Positions 1 through 13,988 are shown, counted from the first letter of the stretch. The stretch: 64,000 nt of DNA from Novakomyces olei (GCA_016906335.1 JADEYG010000002.1:620001-684000), one strand, 5' to 3'. Made by a program: numbers and translations. Notes: generated by a model from the sequence alone, not told the origin.

Positions 1-1372
1 CGAGTAATTTCAATACTAGACTGCCCATAGATGTCGGTGGTAAAAACGTGCTTTATCGCAGCAATACACTCTTGCTGAGGTTTTGTATTGGCCGCATAAG
101 CTGCCCGTCTAACAACCATTCGTATAACTATGTCTCTAAAATTAAAGTGATTTGCAAACATTAATAGGCGGCACGCACATCTTACTGCCGCTGAATGAAC
201 TCTGTCCTGTTCAGATCCTTTTTCTCCGGTTTTGCCTGTGCTAAAGCCTTTTTTAACGTCATTCTGAGGCCGGGTCTCTTCAATTATAAGTCGCAAACGA
301 TCCACGTATCCGTGGTACCGCGCAACCAGAGACTCTTCATACTCACGGAGTCGTCTGACGTCCTTTGTTACACGTTGAACACGTTCTGCATCGGAGAGAG
401 GCCGTATAGAATACCCGGGCAAAATGTCCTCGTAAACGGCAGCCTGTGTGAGTAGCGCTAACTGCACAATTGCTTTAGGATTGCGCGGCGATTCGAGGTC
501 ACGAATTTTATTGAGATTACGGAGATTTTGCTCCGGATCGGCAATTATTTCTTGACTCAGCGTGGCCAACAGTTCTTTGGCTTCCAGCACAGAAATAGGG
601 CGCACTGCAGTTTGCTGTCTTGAGTCTTCGTCACTTTCGCTTGCTGATTCTGCTTCGCTGTCGTCGTCCGCGTCAATATGCCTCTCATCTTCTGCTTCAC
701 TTTGTTCTTCAAATTTCGTTTCGTGTACTAAACCACCATTGACTTTTATTGGGAGCCTCTGAGGTTTTGAGGGGGGTTCAAGGGTTCGAGGTTGCAGTTC
801 ATAGTCTTGTAATGAGTCTAAATTTTGTACGTCCACACGTTTTTGCTTTTCCACTTTTCTAGACGGGTCAGTATTCTTTTGAGCTTTGTATGTCTGTGGT
901 AAACACAAGCGAAACCAGTCTCCTTTATTCTTTGAATTAAGCCAGTTTTTCTTTTTTCTAGATTTTTGCTTTTTGTATTTTCTTGAATTTCTGGTTTACT
1001 CTATTTGATTTTGGTGTTAATTTATCTCTTACTTTGCCAGCTCAAGAGGTTTGATTTTCGTTAAAAACCCGGCATATTGGGCATACTCGCCCAAATCTTC
1101 ATCATCAATAGCGGTTTCATCATTGCTTTCGTCTCGCGATAGCGCGGGAATATCAACATATTTACGTTCCGCTCCAGACTGCTTTTTTTTTGCTTGACTT
1201 GCTCTTTGCTTTTGTTCTTCCTGTAACCTCTGTCAATAACGATACGACAAAATATTATAAAAACAGCATTGGATCGACGTACTTTTTGCGCTCGGAGCTG
1301 TTTGTTCTTTGACTTGTGGCGTATTTTTAATGCGTCTGTACGCGGCCTTCCAGGTGCGTTCTTCGACCGCAT
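1..1372 (-). CDS. NOC3: Nucleolar complex protein 3, 5' part; continues beyond window start; two introns (~1233-1282, 859-1032)
   Basis: Manual minus-strand translation gives QDYELQPR, RLPIK and AVYEDILPGYSIRPLSDAERVQRVTKDVRRLREYEESLV, typical of Noc3; GT..AG introns with branch motifs restore the frame. Confidence 0.85.
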
Positions 1373-1870
1373 AATGAAACCCCCAAAAAAAAAAAAAAAG
1401 ATATGAAGACTCCTTTACCGAAACTGATAAATTAAAGATATTTCCAGAAAGATTAAAAGATATAGTTCGTCTAGTCATAGCAATAGTAAGCCAGAATAGG
1501 TTAGGGTTAGGGTTAGTTACATAACCCTAACACTAACTGTTATAAATGCTGGCAGAAATAATTTTTAATATATCTTTTCACAAAACAAGAAGCATTCTAT
1601 GCAATAAAAATAATGTATAAAATGCAATAGGAATTGTACAGACAATTCGTGCTTATATATCAGAGGTAACTAGTACTTATAAACAAGAAAATAAAAGCAA
1701 CATAATAATAACATTGCAATAACAACATTAATAATAGCACTTTTATAGCAACACTGTAATATGATAAAAGTAACCCTATGTCAAACTTGTGGTGGGGAAA
1801 GTACGATATAAAATCCAAGTAAATCTGGAGATTCGTAATCGGCGGAAGATTCGGCAAGATACAGCGAATA

Positions 1871-3055
1871 ATGGAGACGGCTTTGGGAGCTGCGCCTGGA
1901 ATAACAGGCAATACTAAAGGTAAATGCTCAGGTTTTGCACTATTAATTCTAATCTTTGAGGTCTGCCCAGCAAAATTGCTGCTTGGAGTTATAAAGACCA
2001 TGGAGAGCCGGAGACCGTTCTTGAACAACGGGTCGACTTTCCCTTTGAAGCTCTTGGATCTATGGGACCGAACGATGTGGTTATCCGTGTAAGGGCCGTG
2101 TCATTGAATTGGTATGAGTGTCTCAATCTAGTCTTTATTATTTTAATTTTTTCTTTTCCACAATTTAACATGCAGGATCGACTACAAATTGATGACGGCG
2201 AGTGCTCTTGTCAATATGGCTATCAAGAAACCCGCTATTCCTTGCCTCGATTTTGCCGGTGATGTAGTTGCTTTTGGCGGGCTGGTGGACTCGTTGCAGA
2301 TCGGTGAACCTGTCTTTGGCCAGCAGGATGTTAGTAATATTATGAAACGGCCCAGTGGTGCTTTAGCAGAGTACATAGTGGTGAGCGCTTCGTTTTGTAA
2401 GCCGATACCCAAAGATCAATTGGATTATGAAGGCGCTGCAGTTCTACCTGTAGCGTGCAATACCATGTACGATGCAATCGTTACAACGGGGAAGTTGGAG
2501 TCCGGTTCACGTTTATTTATAAACGGAGGCAGTGGTAAAACTGGAATTGCTGGTATCCAGATAGCCAAGGCTTTAGGCATCTATGTCGAATGCTCAAGCT
2601 CGCCAGCAAACGTTGCTCTTTGCGAAGAACTGGGAGCGGATTATGTGCACGATTATACTTCAAATTTCACAGAGTACTTATCAAACGCATACAAGACAAA
2701 AAATTTTGATATGGTCCTCGATTGCCATGGAAGCAGTGATCTATATTACTCGTGTCATAATTTCTTGAAGGAAAGCGGAGTATTCGTTGATATTGCCTGT
2801 GAGATCTCTCCAAAGGCCGTAACTTCACTCGTCAGCAAATCGTTTCTACCCGGTTGGCTTGGTGGGGGTCGGCGCAAGTACGTTTTAAAAATGGGCCAGG
2901 ATACTGGCACTGTTTTCAACGAAGCGTACCCGCTTATCAAGTCGGGTAAAGTGAAACCAGTGGTGGACAAGGTGTATACTTGGGCTCAGGCCGTAGAGGC
3001 GTTTCAGGCTCTGAAAAAGTACCACCGTATTGTTGTCACTGGGTACCAAGATTAA
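1871..3055 (+). CDS. Zinc-type alcohol dehydrogenase-like/quinone oxidoreductase (MDR family); introns 1920-1960 and ~2112-2175
   Basis: Spliced IRVRAVSLNWIDYKL, DFAG, GALAEY, INGGSGKTG nucleotide-binding motif, GKVKPVVDKVY. Confidence 0.85.
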
Positions 3056-3528
3056 TTAGGCGTTGAGGTTTGGCGAGGGAGTGATCGAAATCCAAATTGC
3101 CTTTTAATACGAAACGTACCTGTCGTGTGTGCTAAACGGTTTGAGTTTTGGTGTAATTTAGGCGCGGTTTCTATGATGTTCACGTATAGTACGTTACTGA
3201 TTCATCATTAAATCTAGGGTTAGGGTTATTATATTGTTTTAAGTCAGTACAATTATTCGTATAATGCCCCCTACGTAATTGTTTAATTATTGTTTTATGG
3301 TGGTTTATTGAGCATAATAAACCTAATTGTACAAAGTTAGGGTTAATAGATCTGTGTAGGCGTCTGCTCGCTGTCCACGTATATAATATAATATTATCTC
3401 GTAAATAAAGCCCGTATATTCTGGTTACGAGTAAACAGTCTTAGTCAACGGCACTCTGTCCGCCTTTTGCACTGTAATTCTGGCGCCTGTTAGCGCGTCC
3501 GCTCGCAATCGTCAGTTCAGGAAACAAA

Positions 3529-5445
3529 ATGGCAGTTCAAACAAAGGCGGACGATTTGGAACCGCTGCGGCAGTCGCTCACGTGCGCTATTTGCGTCGAA
3601 TATATGTTCCTTCCTTTTGTGCTTCCATGCGGACATACGTTCTGCTACGCGGTAAGTTTTCTATGCAAAGGAACAGCGCTTTCCCGTCCCGTCCCGTTCG
3701 ATTTTGTATTTATTTTATTTTATTTCCTTTTTAATTTGCGAATTTGCGAAACGCGTGAAGCGTAAACGTCCAGAACGGCTAAGAAAAGTCTTGTTTGATT
3801 TATTATAAGTATTTGCTAATGTATTGTAGTGCATTAGAGACTGGTTGCAGCAGAAGAAAACGTGTCCAAAATGCCGTACTCCTATACGTACAGCTCCTCA
3901 TATATGCTACTCTGTAAGTTGCTTCACATCGCGTGTTTCCGTGCTGAAAAGCAATTAAAGAGAGAAATATCGGAAATAGAAAAGATATTGGAAAAAGATA
4001 TTGGAAAAAGATATTGGGGAAAACAAGAATAGTGGATGTTAAAATTCCAATAGTGATGATGGCATGAAAACGAAAACAGCCAAATCCGCAATGGCAGTGA
4101 CAGTGACAGTGATATCGAACTTGGTGCTAACAAATAGATGCGAGATATTGGACAGATAGTGTTTGAGCGGCTGGAATCAATGATTTCCAAGAGCGAATAC
4201 AAGAGCATGATAGATCAGCGCGACGAGCAGCAAAAAGAGTACGATTCGCGTGTGGCACAGAAAACTGTGTTTGGAGACATGTTTGCTACTCCGTGGCATA
4301 CAACCACGATTGACAGTTTAGACGGAGTTGTAAGGTGCCGTCGGTGCTTTTGGGAAGTAGAAGGCAGTCACTGTCCGCACTGTGGACTCGAGTTCTCCGA
4401 GTTTGAAGTCTCTGCCGACAATGACGAGTTTTCCTCGCATGACTTTGAGGATGGCGAAGACGATTCTGTAGACGATTATGATTACGATGATGCCTTCATT
4501 GATGATACAGAGCCACATATGCCTGGTGCCTTCCGGCCCGAGAGTGATAGTGAAGATTCAGCGATAGACAGTGAAAGCCATCATGATGAAGAGCAGCATC
4601 CTCAGCACGTGGATTTGACCGACGACAGTCTTGATGAAATCGACGATATTGATTCAGAAGAATTGGATGATATTGAGGACGAAGAAGACGAAGAAGGAGA
4701 TCTCCGTCGTCATCGTCTTCGTCATCGTCTTCAAATGATCTTGGATGAACTGGAAGACGATCGACAAGTTTTAAGTCGTGCTGAGCGGGGATGGGACGAC
4801 TTGAGGCATATTAGTCGAAATAGTTATGGGCGGGAGACTAGAAATGACAGGATAAATGCTGCGGCCAACTGGAGAACTGATCAGCCAAGGCGGTTGGCTC
4901 AAGGGTTAGGCAGGGCTCCAACACAGCATCGATATGGCTGGAATAACGAACCTGATGCAAGCAGTTGGCTCGATCATGACTATGAAGATGAGGACGAAGA
5001 GGATGATGACGATTGGGGTACTGCGTCTTCAAATGAACAAGACGATGATGCGGATGGAGATGGAGACGATGATGACGATGATGATGACGATGATGAGGGT
5101 GGAGACGCTCGTCTGCGTTATAGTAATTATGTCGCAATGCATGATGAAGGCTCTCATTTCAATGAGGAAGATTTCGATATTGACGACGATGATCTAGTTG
5201 CTATAGAGGCAAATGAACAAGAGGCAGAAAGGCGAAGGAGTCTCCGGCGGAAGGAAGAAGCTCAGTCTTCTTCCGAGAGGAGAAAAAGACAGAAACGTGG
5301 ACAAATGACGGAGGAAAGTATTTGGAGCAGTGACGATGAGCCTACGTCGAGTCGTTCGACCAGACGGCCTTATAATAGACGAGCTCCTTCAAGAATCATT
5401 CCAATCGAATCCGACGAGGATAGCTTTACAGCGCTGGCAGACTAA
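3529..5445 (+). CDS. PSH1: RING-finger E3 ubiquitin ligase, Psh1-like; introns 3652-3829 and 3914-4137
   Basis: Spliced C3HC4 RING (CAIC..PCGHTFCYACIRDW..CPKC), DGVVRCRRCFWE..CPHCG zinc ribbon, long acidic tail. Confidence 0.75.
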
Positions 5446-6079
5446 ACAGCTAGCTGTTTAAATTATATTCTATTCTGCTTTATCTTTTCTTCATATGCTT
5501 TTCTATATTATATCTACTGGTTCGAGACGAATGGCAGATATTCGATCGCATCTTCAAGTTTGGTTCTTTTCTATGTATTTTACGGAGCTTTGGTACATTT
5601 ATATTTTATTCGAGGTTTGTATTTTGCAAAAAAATGCTGTATTTTGTACATTGCTAGTGGGTAGATTCCCGTGGTGAGGCGTTACCTGGATACTTTGGCG
5701 TGTGTTGAATGTTATAGAGGCCGAGGAGCATCATTGATCATTTATATTCTAATAGCAAACTGTCGAGGTCAATTTTATTATTAAATAGTATTCTATAGCG
5801 TAGAGGGAGTGTGGGTTACTAATAAAATATATTATACTACGCATATAATTTCTACGCGTTATTATTACGCATAAACACATAGTTAAAATTAATGCCCATT
5901 TTGAAGTACGAATGATGATTAACTTGACTATACGTTGAATTAATCCAAAATGTTCCAAATATTCCAAATATTCCAAATATTCCACACTATTTTATACTTT
6001 AGCATTACGTAATATTATTTAAAAGTATATAATATAAAATTAATTAAATAAAGAGCAATCGTAATCTTGATTCACTCAC

Positions 6080-7051
6080 ATGTCAGTGCCGTTCTTCAAA
6101 AAACGAGCGCGGCGACCGACGACCGTTAGTAAGCCGTCACTTGGCTCACGGAACGATGAAAAATCGGACTCTGAAAGTTCCGAGTTTTCAGATTTGGAAG
6201 ATGAGAGTGGGAACAGAAATTCAGGCTTAAACAGGCGAAAACGGCCTGATACCTCTGTATTTTCGTCGCGGAAAAGAGCAGATAACAAAGAGGATCCATC
6301 TGTAGTTTACGGTGGTACACTAGATCGTCGGAAGCCCGCGGTTAATGAGGCAACTAAAGCCTCTGACTGGTTCGATGAGCCCGCAGAAAAGTCAAATGGG
6401 CGAGTCAGTAAAACTGAAGAGGCTCAGGGTAATAATGGTCCTGCTGCTGATCCATCACTGTACACCGGACAAGCGGGTTATCAAAAGTATGTACCGGAGC
6501 GTGAAGTGCTGAATAAAAAAGCTCTTCCTGGCCCCAAAAAGGCTATGAACAGTAATATACGCACGGTTACCGTGGTTGATTACCAGCCGGATGTGTGTAA
6601 AGATTATAAGGAAACGGGGTTCTGTGGGTACGGAGACTCGTGCAAGTTCTTACATGATCGTGAGAACTACAAGGCTGGATGGGAGTTAGATCGGGAGTGG
6701 GAACAAGTACAGAAAAAAAACACTGGGAGAAATGGAAACAGCTCTCAGGCTCTTGCCAATAAAAGTGATGACGAGGACGATGACGAGGATAGCGAGGACG
6801 AAGATGATATTCCTTTTGCCTGTTTTATTTGCCGATCAGAGTACAAGAATCCTATTGTTACTCGCTGTGGCCATTATTTTTGTGAGAGCTGTGCCCTGGC
6901 TCGGTACAAGAAGAACCCGACTTGTGCAGTTTGTGGATCGGGTACCAACGGGCTTTTTAATGTGGCGAAAAATGTAAAACAAAGGCTGCAAGCAAAGCAG
7001 GACCGTGTGGCCGCACGCAAGGCTGAGAAGGCAGAGCAGGACTCTGAATGA
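6080..7051 (+). CDS. CWC24: Pre-mRNA splicing factor Cwc24/RNF113 (CCCH zinc finger + RING)
   Basis: DYQPDVCKDYKETGFCGYGDSCKFLHDR and IPFACFIC..CGHYFCESCA motifs. Confidence 0.95.
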   Translation: MSVPFFKKRARRPTTVSKPSLGSRNDEKSDSESSEFSDLEDESGNRNSGLNRRKRPDTSVFSSRKRADNKEDPSVVYGGTLDRRKPAVNEATKASDWFDEPAEKSNGRVSKTEEAQGNNGPAADPSLYTGQAGYQKYVPEREVLNKKALPGPKKAMNSNIRTVTVVDYQPDVCKDYKETGFCGYGDSCKFLHDRENYKAGWELDREWEQVQKKNTGRNGNSSQALANKSDDEDDDEDSEDEDDIPFACFICRSEYKNPIVTRCGHYFCESCALARYKKNPTCAVCGSGTNGLFNVAKNVKQRLQAKQDRVAARKAEKAEQDSE

Positions 7052-7557
7052 TGATGTACCGCAGAGTTTGTTTTTATGTTATGAAGGGATTTGCCATATC
7101 AGGATTGCTCTAGATCATGATCGTTGAAGAAGACCTTTGTCAAAAGGCGTCGTGTGCCGATAGTCTCGTCGATTCATTGCACGTATAGTAAAACGATATC
7201 GACAGCACCAATAATACGATTGTACATTCTATAACAAACATCTTTAATAGATCATGCAGTGCCCATAATTATACCAAACACAAATGCATGCTATAACTAA
7301 CTCGCACTTGAATGGACGGGTATAACACCCACGCCCTTCCTATAAATAATATCTTGTTATTACGAACACTATTTATTTCAAGCCAGCCGGCCACTCAGAT
7401 TTCGGGTTGTAATATGTAAAAATATTTATTGACATAAACTCGCGGTCGATCTTTAACGAGATCTTAGAACACTCGGTAGGCTATATAAATCGATTTCTAC
7501 TTTCCTCTCAATAGAACAAGACTCTCATTCATGCAATCGCAATTGTAGACGTTAAAG

Positions 7558-7934
7558 CTAATGAGTAAGTGACCGCCGTTGCTTTAGTCTTCGTCGCTTT
7601 ATAATATTCCGGCCACCGTGCTTTTTCATGCGCGCGAGAAACCCAAACTTGCGCTTCCGCTTCCGCTGTGAAGGATTGTACGTTGTACTCCAACGCACAC
7701 CACCAAGTGACAAAGCGTTTGGTGCTGTTAACTGTGGATTTGTCCCTAATGCAAGACGGGAGTATGGCGAAAGTCTTTTAATTTAATACGTTAGCCAACA
7801 GTGCTCAATGCCTTAAAGTACTAAACTTACAAGCTGCGGACACTTGATAATTGTGAATTAGTTCCATTATACGCTCGAGCAGCTGCCTGCGGCCGAAACG
7901 CACGCGCCAGCGTGCTCAGGCCGATCCGGATCAT
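7558..7934 (-). CDS. MRPL34: Mitochondrial ribosomal protein bL34m; intron 7775-7830; absent from the ORF track
   Basis: Spliced product ends [42 protein letters not shown] (L34 signature), after a basic presequence-like N-terminus. Confidence 0.9.
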
Positions 7935-8519
7935 GAGCAAGTGTGGTTGCTCTGTTTGAATAATGTTGGATTTTAATTATTTTTTCTTCATATACGCCAT
8001 ATATATGCTAAATCATAAACTAAGTCTTCTTTTTACATGTCTTGTTACTATCTACGTATAATAATATACATCGCTATTTCTGTGACATTTATTAAACGAT
8101 ACGCTCCCATGAATGTTAAATTAGGGTTAGCTAGGGTTTTGGCAGATTCACTATTTCGAAATGGGTGAGTAAATCAGAGACGGCTGTTTTTCCCACTCTT
8201 TCTATTTTGCGTGCATTTATCCTAATTTCTATCCTATTATCTATTTATCTATTTGTTCATTTATTTGTTCGTTTATTTATTGTATTTTATTCTTGTCTAT
8301 TATATTTGGTTTGTTTACATATCAAGACCAAAGATCATTTCATCTCGTTTGTTGTGTGTAAATGCCATCGCTATGCTAGATTCGCGGAAACAAAACTGTG
8401 TAGATCAAAAAACATAGTCCAAAATTGATTATAACATCAAAAAATTTATACGAAGATTCAAAATAGAAATAAGAAACGTGGAAAAAAAATCAGTAAAAAC
8501 CAATCTCATAAACCGACCG

Positions 8520-11110
8520 CTAATGGCTGACGGACGATTCTATTTCGTGAATACATTCGCGTCGTTTCGGAGAATCTGCAAAAGAAGCACGAATCAGCCT
8601 CGTTATTTCTCCAGTACTGAAATCGACCAGCGATCCTTGGCGCCATAGGTACATTATTTCTGACAGATTTGCCTCTAATATTTCGATCAGATAACAATAT
8701 TTTAACCAGCTGGGCACGTAAAGCGCAGTTAGCGGTGGCGAATCGGTCTCGTTGTCAGCTTGGAAAAGTTGCTCTAAAGAATTCAATTGCCGCATAGCAG
8801 CAGCGTACTGTTCTGATTGAGTGCTTGAAATTCCATCAAAAGTATTCATTTCGTCAATTAATTCTGCCACGACTTGTTCCATTAAGTCGCCCATAATTTG
8901 AAATAAAAGAGGCTTTGATAATATGCCTTCTAGTTTCCCAGCTACGCCTTGGATCCATCCGCTGATTGCTGATAAATATTCCTCTGTAAATGAAGTTGCT
9001 GCCGCTATTTTTTCTCTGTTTTCAAATGAAATCTCTGCCAGTTCTCGACGCAGTTTTTCCAGCGCATGATAATAAAGCCTGGCTGCTAATTGCGAATATC
9101 GATTGCTCTGGTGCAGGGGTTTCGATTGCAATATATCTTTTGTAGCCTGATCGAGGTACAGAAAAGTTGTGTAAGCAGAGAAACATTGAACTATTCCGGC
9201 TTCTGCGATTGGCTCTGGCAGTAGAAACAATCGAGCAAGACCAAGTGCCTGCTCGGGAATTTTTAGCGAACTTTCATCCTGAAATAGCTGTATAAATTCT
9301 GTGGCGGACTGATAAACGCCTAACGTCTCGTGGCCCGTGACTATATTTTCTTGCTCTCCAGTACTGCCTTTGTCTTCCATGTTTTTGTTTGCATTTTCGT
9401 GTTGATTATTTTCGTTATTATTTTCGTAATTGTTTCCATTTCCCTCTTCTTTTTCTTTTCCATCTTCATCAACATTAACTTCAGCTTCGCCCCATCCCCA
9501 TCCTGCATTGCTACTTACCTCGGACGCTTCTTCCTCATCCAAATCTCGACTAGCGCCTTCTTTGGTAGTGTCTATATCCATTTTTTCCTCCTCATCGCTC
9601 CAGTCCCAACCTTCCTTTTTCTCGGGTTCTTCTCTTGTCAAAGACTCTACATTTTCTGGAGCCAAAGCTTCTTTCAAAACATTGTCCTTTGCAACACGGG
9701 TCTGCAAATGCACTTTTACCAAATCAAAGGCAGTCTTAGACTTGAATATTATTCTCACGCGTCCAAGGATCGAATTAGCAAGGGCATCATTACAGCTTTG
9801 CAAGATTCTCTGTACGAAAACCTTCTTTTCCTCCTCCGGTGGCACAGAAAACCAGCCTTTACTATCAAGGCTATCCGCCAGATTATCAACTTTTTCCGCT
9901 GTAAAAACAGTAGGAAATAAAAGCGCCTTTTTCTCTAATCGGGAGGCAAGGCTCTCGATAATATGGGGAGCAAATAAGACGTGCAAAGAAATAGGCAAGA
10001 GCTTATTTAGTCCATCGACCACTGTCTCGATGTCATTCCAAATATCCTCTGCATTATACAAATCTTTTTCGACTTTGCGCAAAAGCAAACATGACTTTGT
10101 CTCATCGTCTAAAAAATTGCCTTTATAATCATGGGCAATAGCATTATCCAAAAAACCAGCCAGAGCCGGGATCTTTTGTGCCATCCACCGGGAGAGGACG
10201 TCGAGCAAATCAGCTGCAGACACTGCAGAGTCAATAAGGCTTCTTTGCGCCGAGACCTCAAGGTCAGTGATTTGAATAGCGCACTGAAGCTTCTGTTCTG
10301 CGAACACGCGAGCACGCTGCTTTAACGCATCCACACGAGCGTGCAAATCTCGTCCTATTTTGGAGTCTGTACCCAATTCGCTGCATACAATGTCGGCTAA
10401 ACCGATGTTTTCAATACATTCAATACTTAATTCATGATTGTTGGGGTTTGAGTCTGAGACTTTGTCAACTTTCTCTTCCTTGTTTCCATCTTTTTCCGAT
10501 CCTAATTGCTCCTGTACTGTTGCCAGAATATTACTCGCTTTTTGTACGAGCAAAAGTGCATTCTGGCAAGCATATACGTCCGTCTGTACCGGTACGGATT
10601 GTGGTGTGTGTGAATTATTTGAATATGCACTTGAGCTTGTATCCGAGTCGTAAATATTGTCTAGTCGTGCTTCAACCTGTGCCACAAAAGATTCTACTCT
10701 ATTCAAAGTTTCAGAATCATCTTGAACGGCAACAAGCTGATCGTCCAGTCTAGCCTGCACTTGTTAGACCAAATAACAATTTAATTTGATACAATAAACT
10801 CATTAAATCCAAAATCAGAAATAAAATAACAACCAGCCAAACGTATCAGGAGCGAGTAAATAACATTATATCCAATGAGCCCGGGAAAATACAGGAATAA
10901 AACGAGCATCAATCAATAATATTAAAAGCCATTTGGCGATCTGTATGTACGTACCTGTCTCGCAGCAATCTCAGCGTCAAACACGCTTATTGCCTCGCTT
11001 AAAGCAGTTGAATCAAATGGTAACTCTGCGAGATGTGCTAGCTCATTCATAGAATTGTCGCCGCCCGTTATATGGGCGGCCAGCGCCTTAGCTGCAGTGG
11101 TCGCGCTCAT
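8520..11110 (-). CDS. DSL1: Dsl1/ZW10 ER tethering complex subunit; intron ~10755-10955
   Basis: C-terminal VPSWLKYCYLIEILEANL..LIRASFADSPKR resembles ZW10/Dsl1; acidic Trp-containing lasso (GWDWSDEEE, GWGWGE). Confidence 0.75.
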
Positions 11111-12230
11111 TCAAAAACCATTCATGAGCTGCGACAGAACGAAGAAGGATATCGGGATATTTCTAGTGGATTCGCTTTGCGCTGGGTCACCTATGGCCGT
11201 TGGGTCTGGTAATGATTTGTGCAATTAGGGTTAACTCGCAGAGTCTAATATAAGAATACACAACAAGCTTTCTCAATATTAACATACCTAATTGTTATGA
11301 TCAATATTTCTAGATTTAATACAGCGTCATTTTAAACACATAAATGATGGTTGAGCAGGTCACTTTTAATCATATCATCGTTCGTCCCAAATTAAACGTC
11401 ATTTTCTTTGCCTTCAGTGATTTTGAAGTACCGTTAAGCATCTCTTAATTTTTAAAACCGCGATTGCTAATAAAAACGTGGAACGCGTGAACGAAGAATT
11501 ATATTCATGCTGGCAGATGATTATGAGAAAAGTATTTAATGTAGCTGTTTTGATGTCGCTAGTACGCAATATCCTTGAAACGACATAAATTGCCTACTAG
11601 TTTTGCCTTTTCACCTTTTCAAATTTTCAAAGAACTGGCCCCTTCTTTGATTTATTCATTGCCATATTGCCCTTGACATGGCTAATGTATACTATATTAA
11701 CCCTAATAAACCCTAATCGTTTACTGTGCAAACTAGTTAGTTGCCTTTCATTTTTCTCTTGACCGTGCGACACCTTATCTAATCAGTAATAAATCAGCGA
11801 TAAAGCCTCGTATTCCCAAACAAGAATCAAATTATCAATCGATTAATCAATCAATCAATTTAATCGAAAAAATCTATTTCACTAAATAAATTAAGTTGAG
11901 CGCGGACGCAATTTTCGGTGGTTGTTTGTCCAATTTTAACGCTAAAATATACAACGTAAATTGGTCTTCTCTCCTTTTGGTCTCGTCCACTATCGACTGA
12001 ATTATTTGGATAATAATTCTGCGCATCGCAATTGGTGAATGCCACAGTACGAACCTTGTTTCATGCGCTTCGCGAGGTGGTTGATTTGATCAAATAAACA
12101 TACGGGATCCAATCACTCTTGAGCCAGATTTTTGAATTTGGCAGTCGAGAGGCATTTACTGAAGAAAGTTGTTGAATAAAAAAGCATTATTTGTTTGGCT
12201 GTTTATACGCAATCTACAAATTAACCCAAA

Positions 12231-13979
12231 ATGACGCAGTCTGCGACTACAGTGACAATCCTAAATTACGGTGCGGGAAACGTCCGTTCTCTCGTGAACG
12301 CGGTAGAACGTGTCTGCCCCGGAGCACAAGTTGCTTGGGTCAAGAGTCCGCGGGATATTGAAACGGCACAGATCTTGATCTTCCCTGGTGTCGGCGATTT
12401 TGGGTACGCGGCACGGAGACTTCGAGAGCAAAATCTCGAGTCGGCTCTAAAGCAGTATATTAAAGACGGAAAACCCTTTCTCGGCATCTGCGTGGGCATG
12501 CAAGTCCTGTTTGACGGCTCACAGGAATCCTCAGAGCCGGGGTTAGGGCTTATACCCGGAACCTTAGAGAGGTTCAATGATCAAGACAAAGCGGTGCCGT
12601 GTATTGGGTGGAACAGTGTGCAATTGGAGAATGCTGAGCAAACTGCTGAGCCTGAAGACAATGGAATAGCGGACGGGCAAAAATACTATTATGTCCACTC
12701 GTACTTTGTACCTTTTGCGCCTGTACGGGGCTACGCGCTGGCCAAATCAAGGTACGGGTCGCAACTATACGTGGGCGCAATTATGCACGGACGTAACTTT
12801 GTCGCCACACAATTCCACCCAGAGAAAAGTGGGCCAGCTGGTCTTAAAGTCATAGAAACATTTCTCCTGAATCACTATGGTGGAGACAGGTCTCGGATTG
12901 TTGAGGATATCGACAGGATTGAGCGAGACATGAAGCATAGACAGGACGTTTCTAGTGACACTGCTCTAAAGGCTGATACTAGTATTAATACTACGTCTAC
13001 TTTTGCCAACAACCTGACCCGCAGAATTATAGCGTGCCTCGATGTTAGGAGCAACGACAATGGAGACTTGGTTGTTACTAAAGGCGACCAGTACGATGTG
13101 CGGGACAAGGCAGCAGGTGGAAGTGTACGTAACTTGGGCAAGCCAGTAGCATTAGCGCAACGTTACTACGACGAAGGAGCCGACGAAATAACATTTCTCA
13201 ATATTACATCCTTTAGAAACTTGCCTGTTCACGATGCCCCCATGTTACAAGTTTTGCGAGAAGCAGCCAAGACTGTTTATGTGCCCATGACTGTTGGTGG
13301 AGGTATCAGGGATGCAGTTGATCCGGATGGAACGCGATACTCGGCTCTCCAAGTGGCAGCTATGTACTTTGATTCAGGAGCAGATAAAGTATCTATTGGC
13401 AGTGACGCGGTACTCGCTGCCGAGGAGTATTATAAAAATATAAAAAATAACATTGGGCAAGAAGGATTGACTGGCTCAAGTGCAATTGAGACTATTTCAC
13501 GTGCTTACGGCCGGCAGGCAGTTGTTGTCTCTGTAGACCCCCGGAGAGTTTACGTCCACAGTCCTCAGGAGGCTCCTAGCCACCATGTTATTCGTGTCTC
13601 GAGACTCGGGCCGGAAGGCCAGCAGTTTGCCTGGTACCAGTGCACAATAAAGGGAGGCAGGGAAGGCCGAGATGTAGACGTTTACCAGCTGGTAAGGGCG
13701 GTTGAGGCGATGGGAGCGGGTGAAATTCTTTTGAATTGTATGGATCAGGACGGGACGGGCGATGGGTTTGATACGGATCTTATTAAGAACGTCAAAGAAG
13801 CCATAAGGATCCCTGTAATTGCCTCCAGTGGTGCTGGGAACCCGGAGCATTTTGCACAAGTTTTTAATGAAACTGGATGTGAGGCAGCTCTGGCCGCTGG
13901 GATTTTTCATAAGAATATCTGCTCAATTGCTTCAGTGAAAGCGTACCTTGCGCGTGTGGGTATCATTGTGCGAGATTGA
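12231..13979 (+). CDS. HIS7: Imidazole glycerol phosphate synthase HisHF
   Basis: YGAGNVRSL, FLGICVGMQ, QFHPEKSG glutaminase motifs; RIIACLDVRSND cyclase domain; AALAAGIFH. Confidence 0.97.
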   Translation: MTQSATTVTILNYGAGNVRSLVNAVERVCPGAQVAWVKSPRDIETAQILIFPGVGDFGYAARRLREQNLESALKQYIKDGKPFLGICVGMQVLFDGSQESSEPGLGLIPGTLERFNDQDKAVPCIGWNSVQLENAEQTAEPEDNGIADGQKYYYVHSYFVPFAPVRGYALAKSRYGSQLYVGAIMHGRNFVATQFHPEKSGPAGLKVIETFLLNHYGGDRSRIVEDIDRIERDMKHRQDVSSDTALKADTSINTTSTFANNLTRRIIACLDVRSNDNGDLVVTKGDQYDVRDKAAGGSVRNLGKPVALAQRYYDEGADEITFLNITSFRNLPVHDAPMLQVLREAAKTVYVPMTVGGGIRDAVDPDGTRYSALQVAAMYFDSGADKVSIGSDAVLAAEEYYKNIKNNIGQEGLTGSSAIETISRAYGRQAVVVSVDPRRVYVHSPQEAPSHHVIRVSRLGPEGQQFAWYQCTIKGGREGRDVDVYQLVRAVEAMGAGEILLNCMDQDGTGDGFDTDLIKNVKEAIRIPVIASSGAGNPEHFAQVFNETGCEAALAAGIFHKNICSIASVKAYLARVGIIVRD

Positions 13980-13988
13980 TAAGATAAC

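Noticed and set aside
1497-1531. True telomere or chromosome fusion scar
   Set aside because: Only two to three repeats, and similar motifs recur in many promoters
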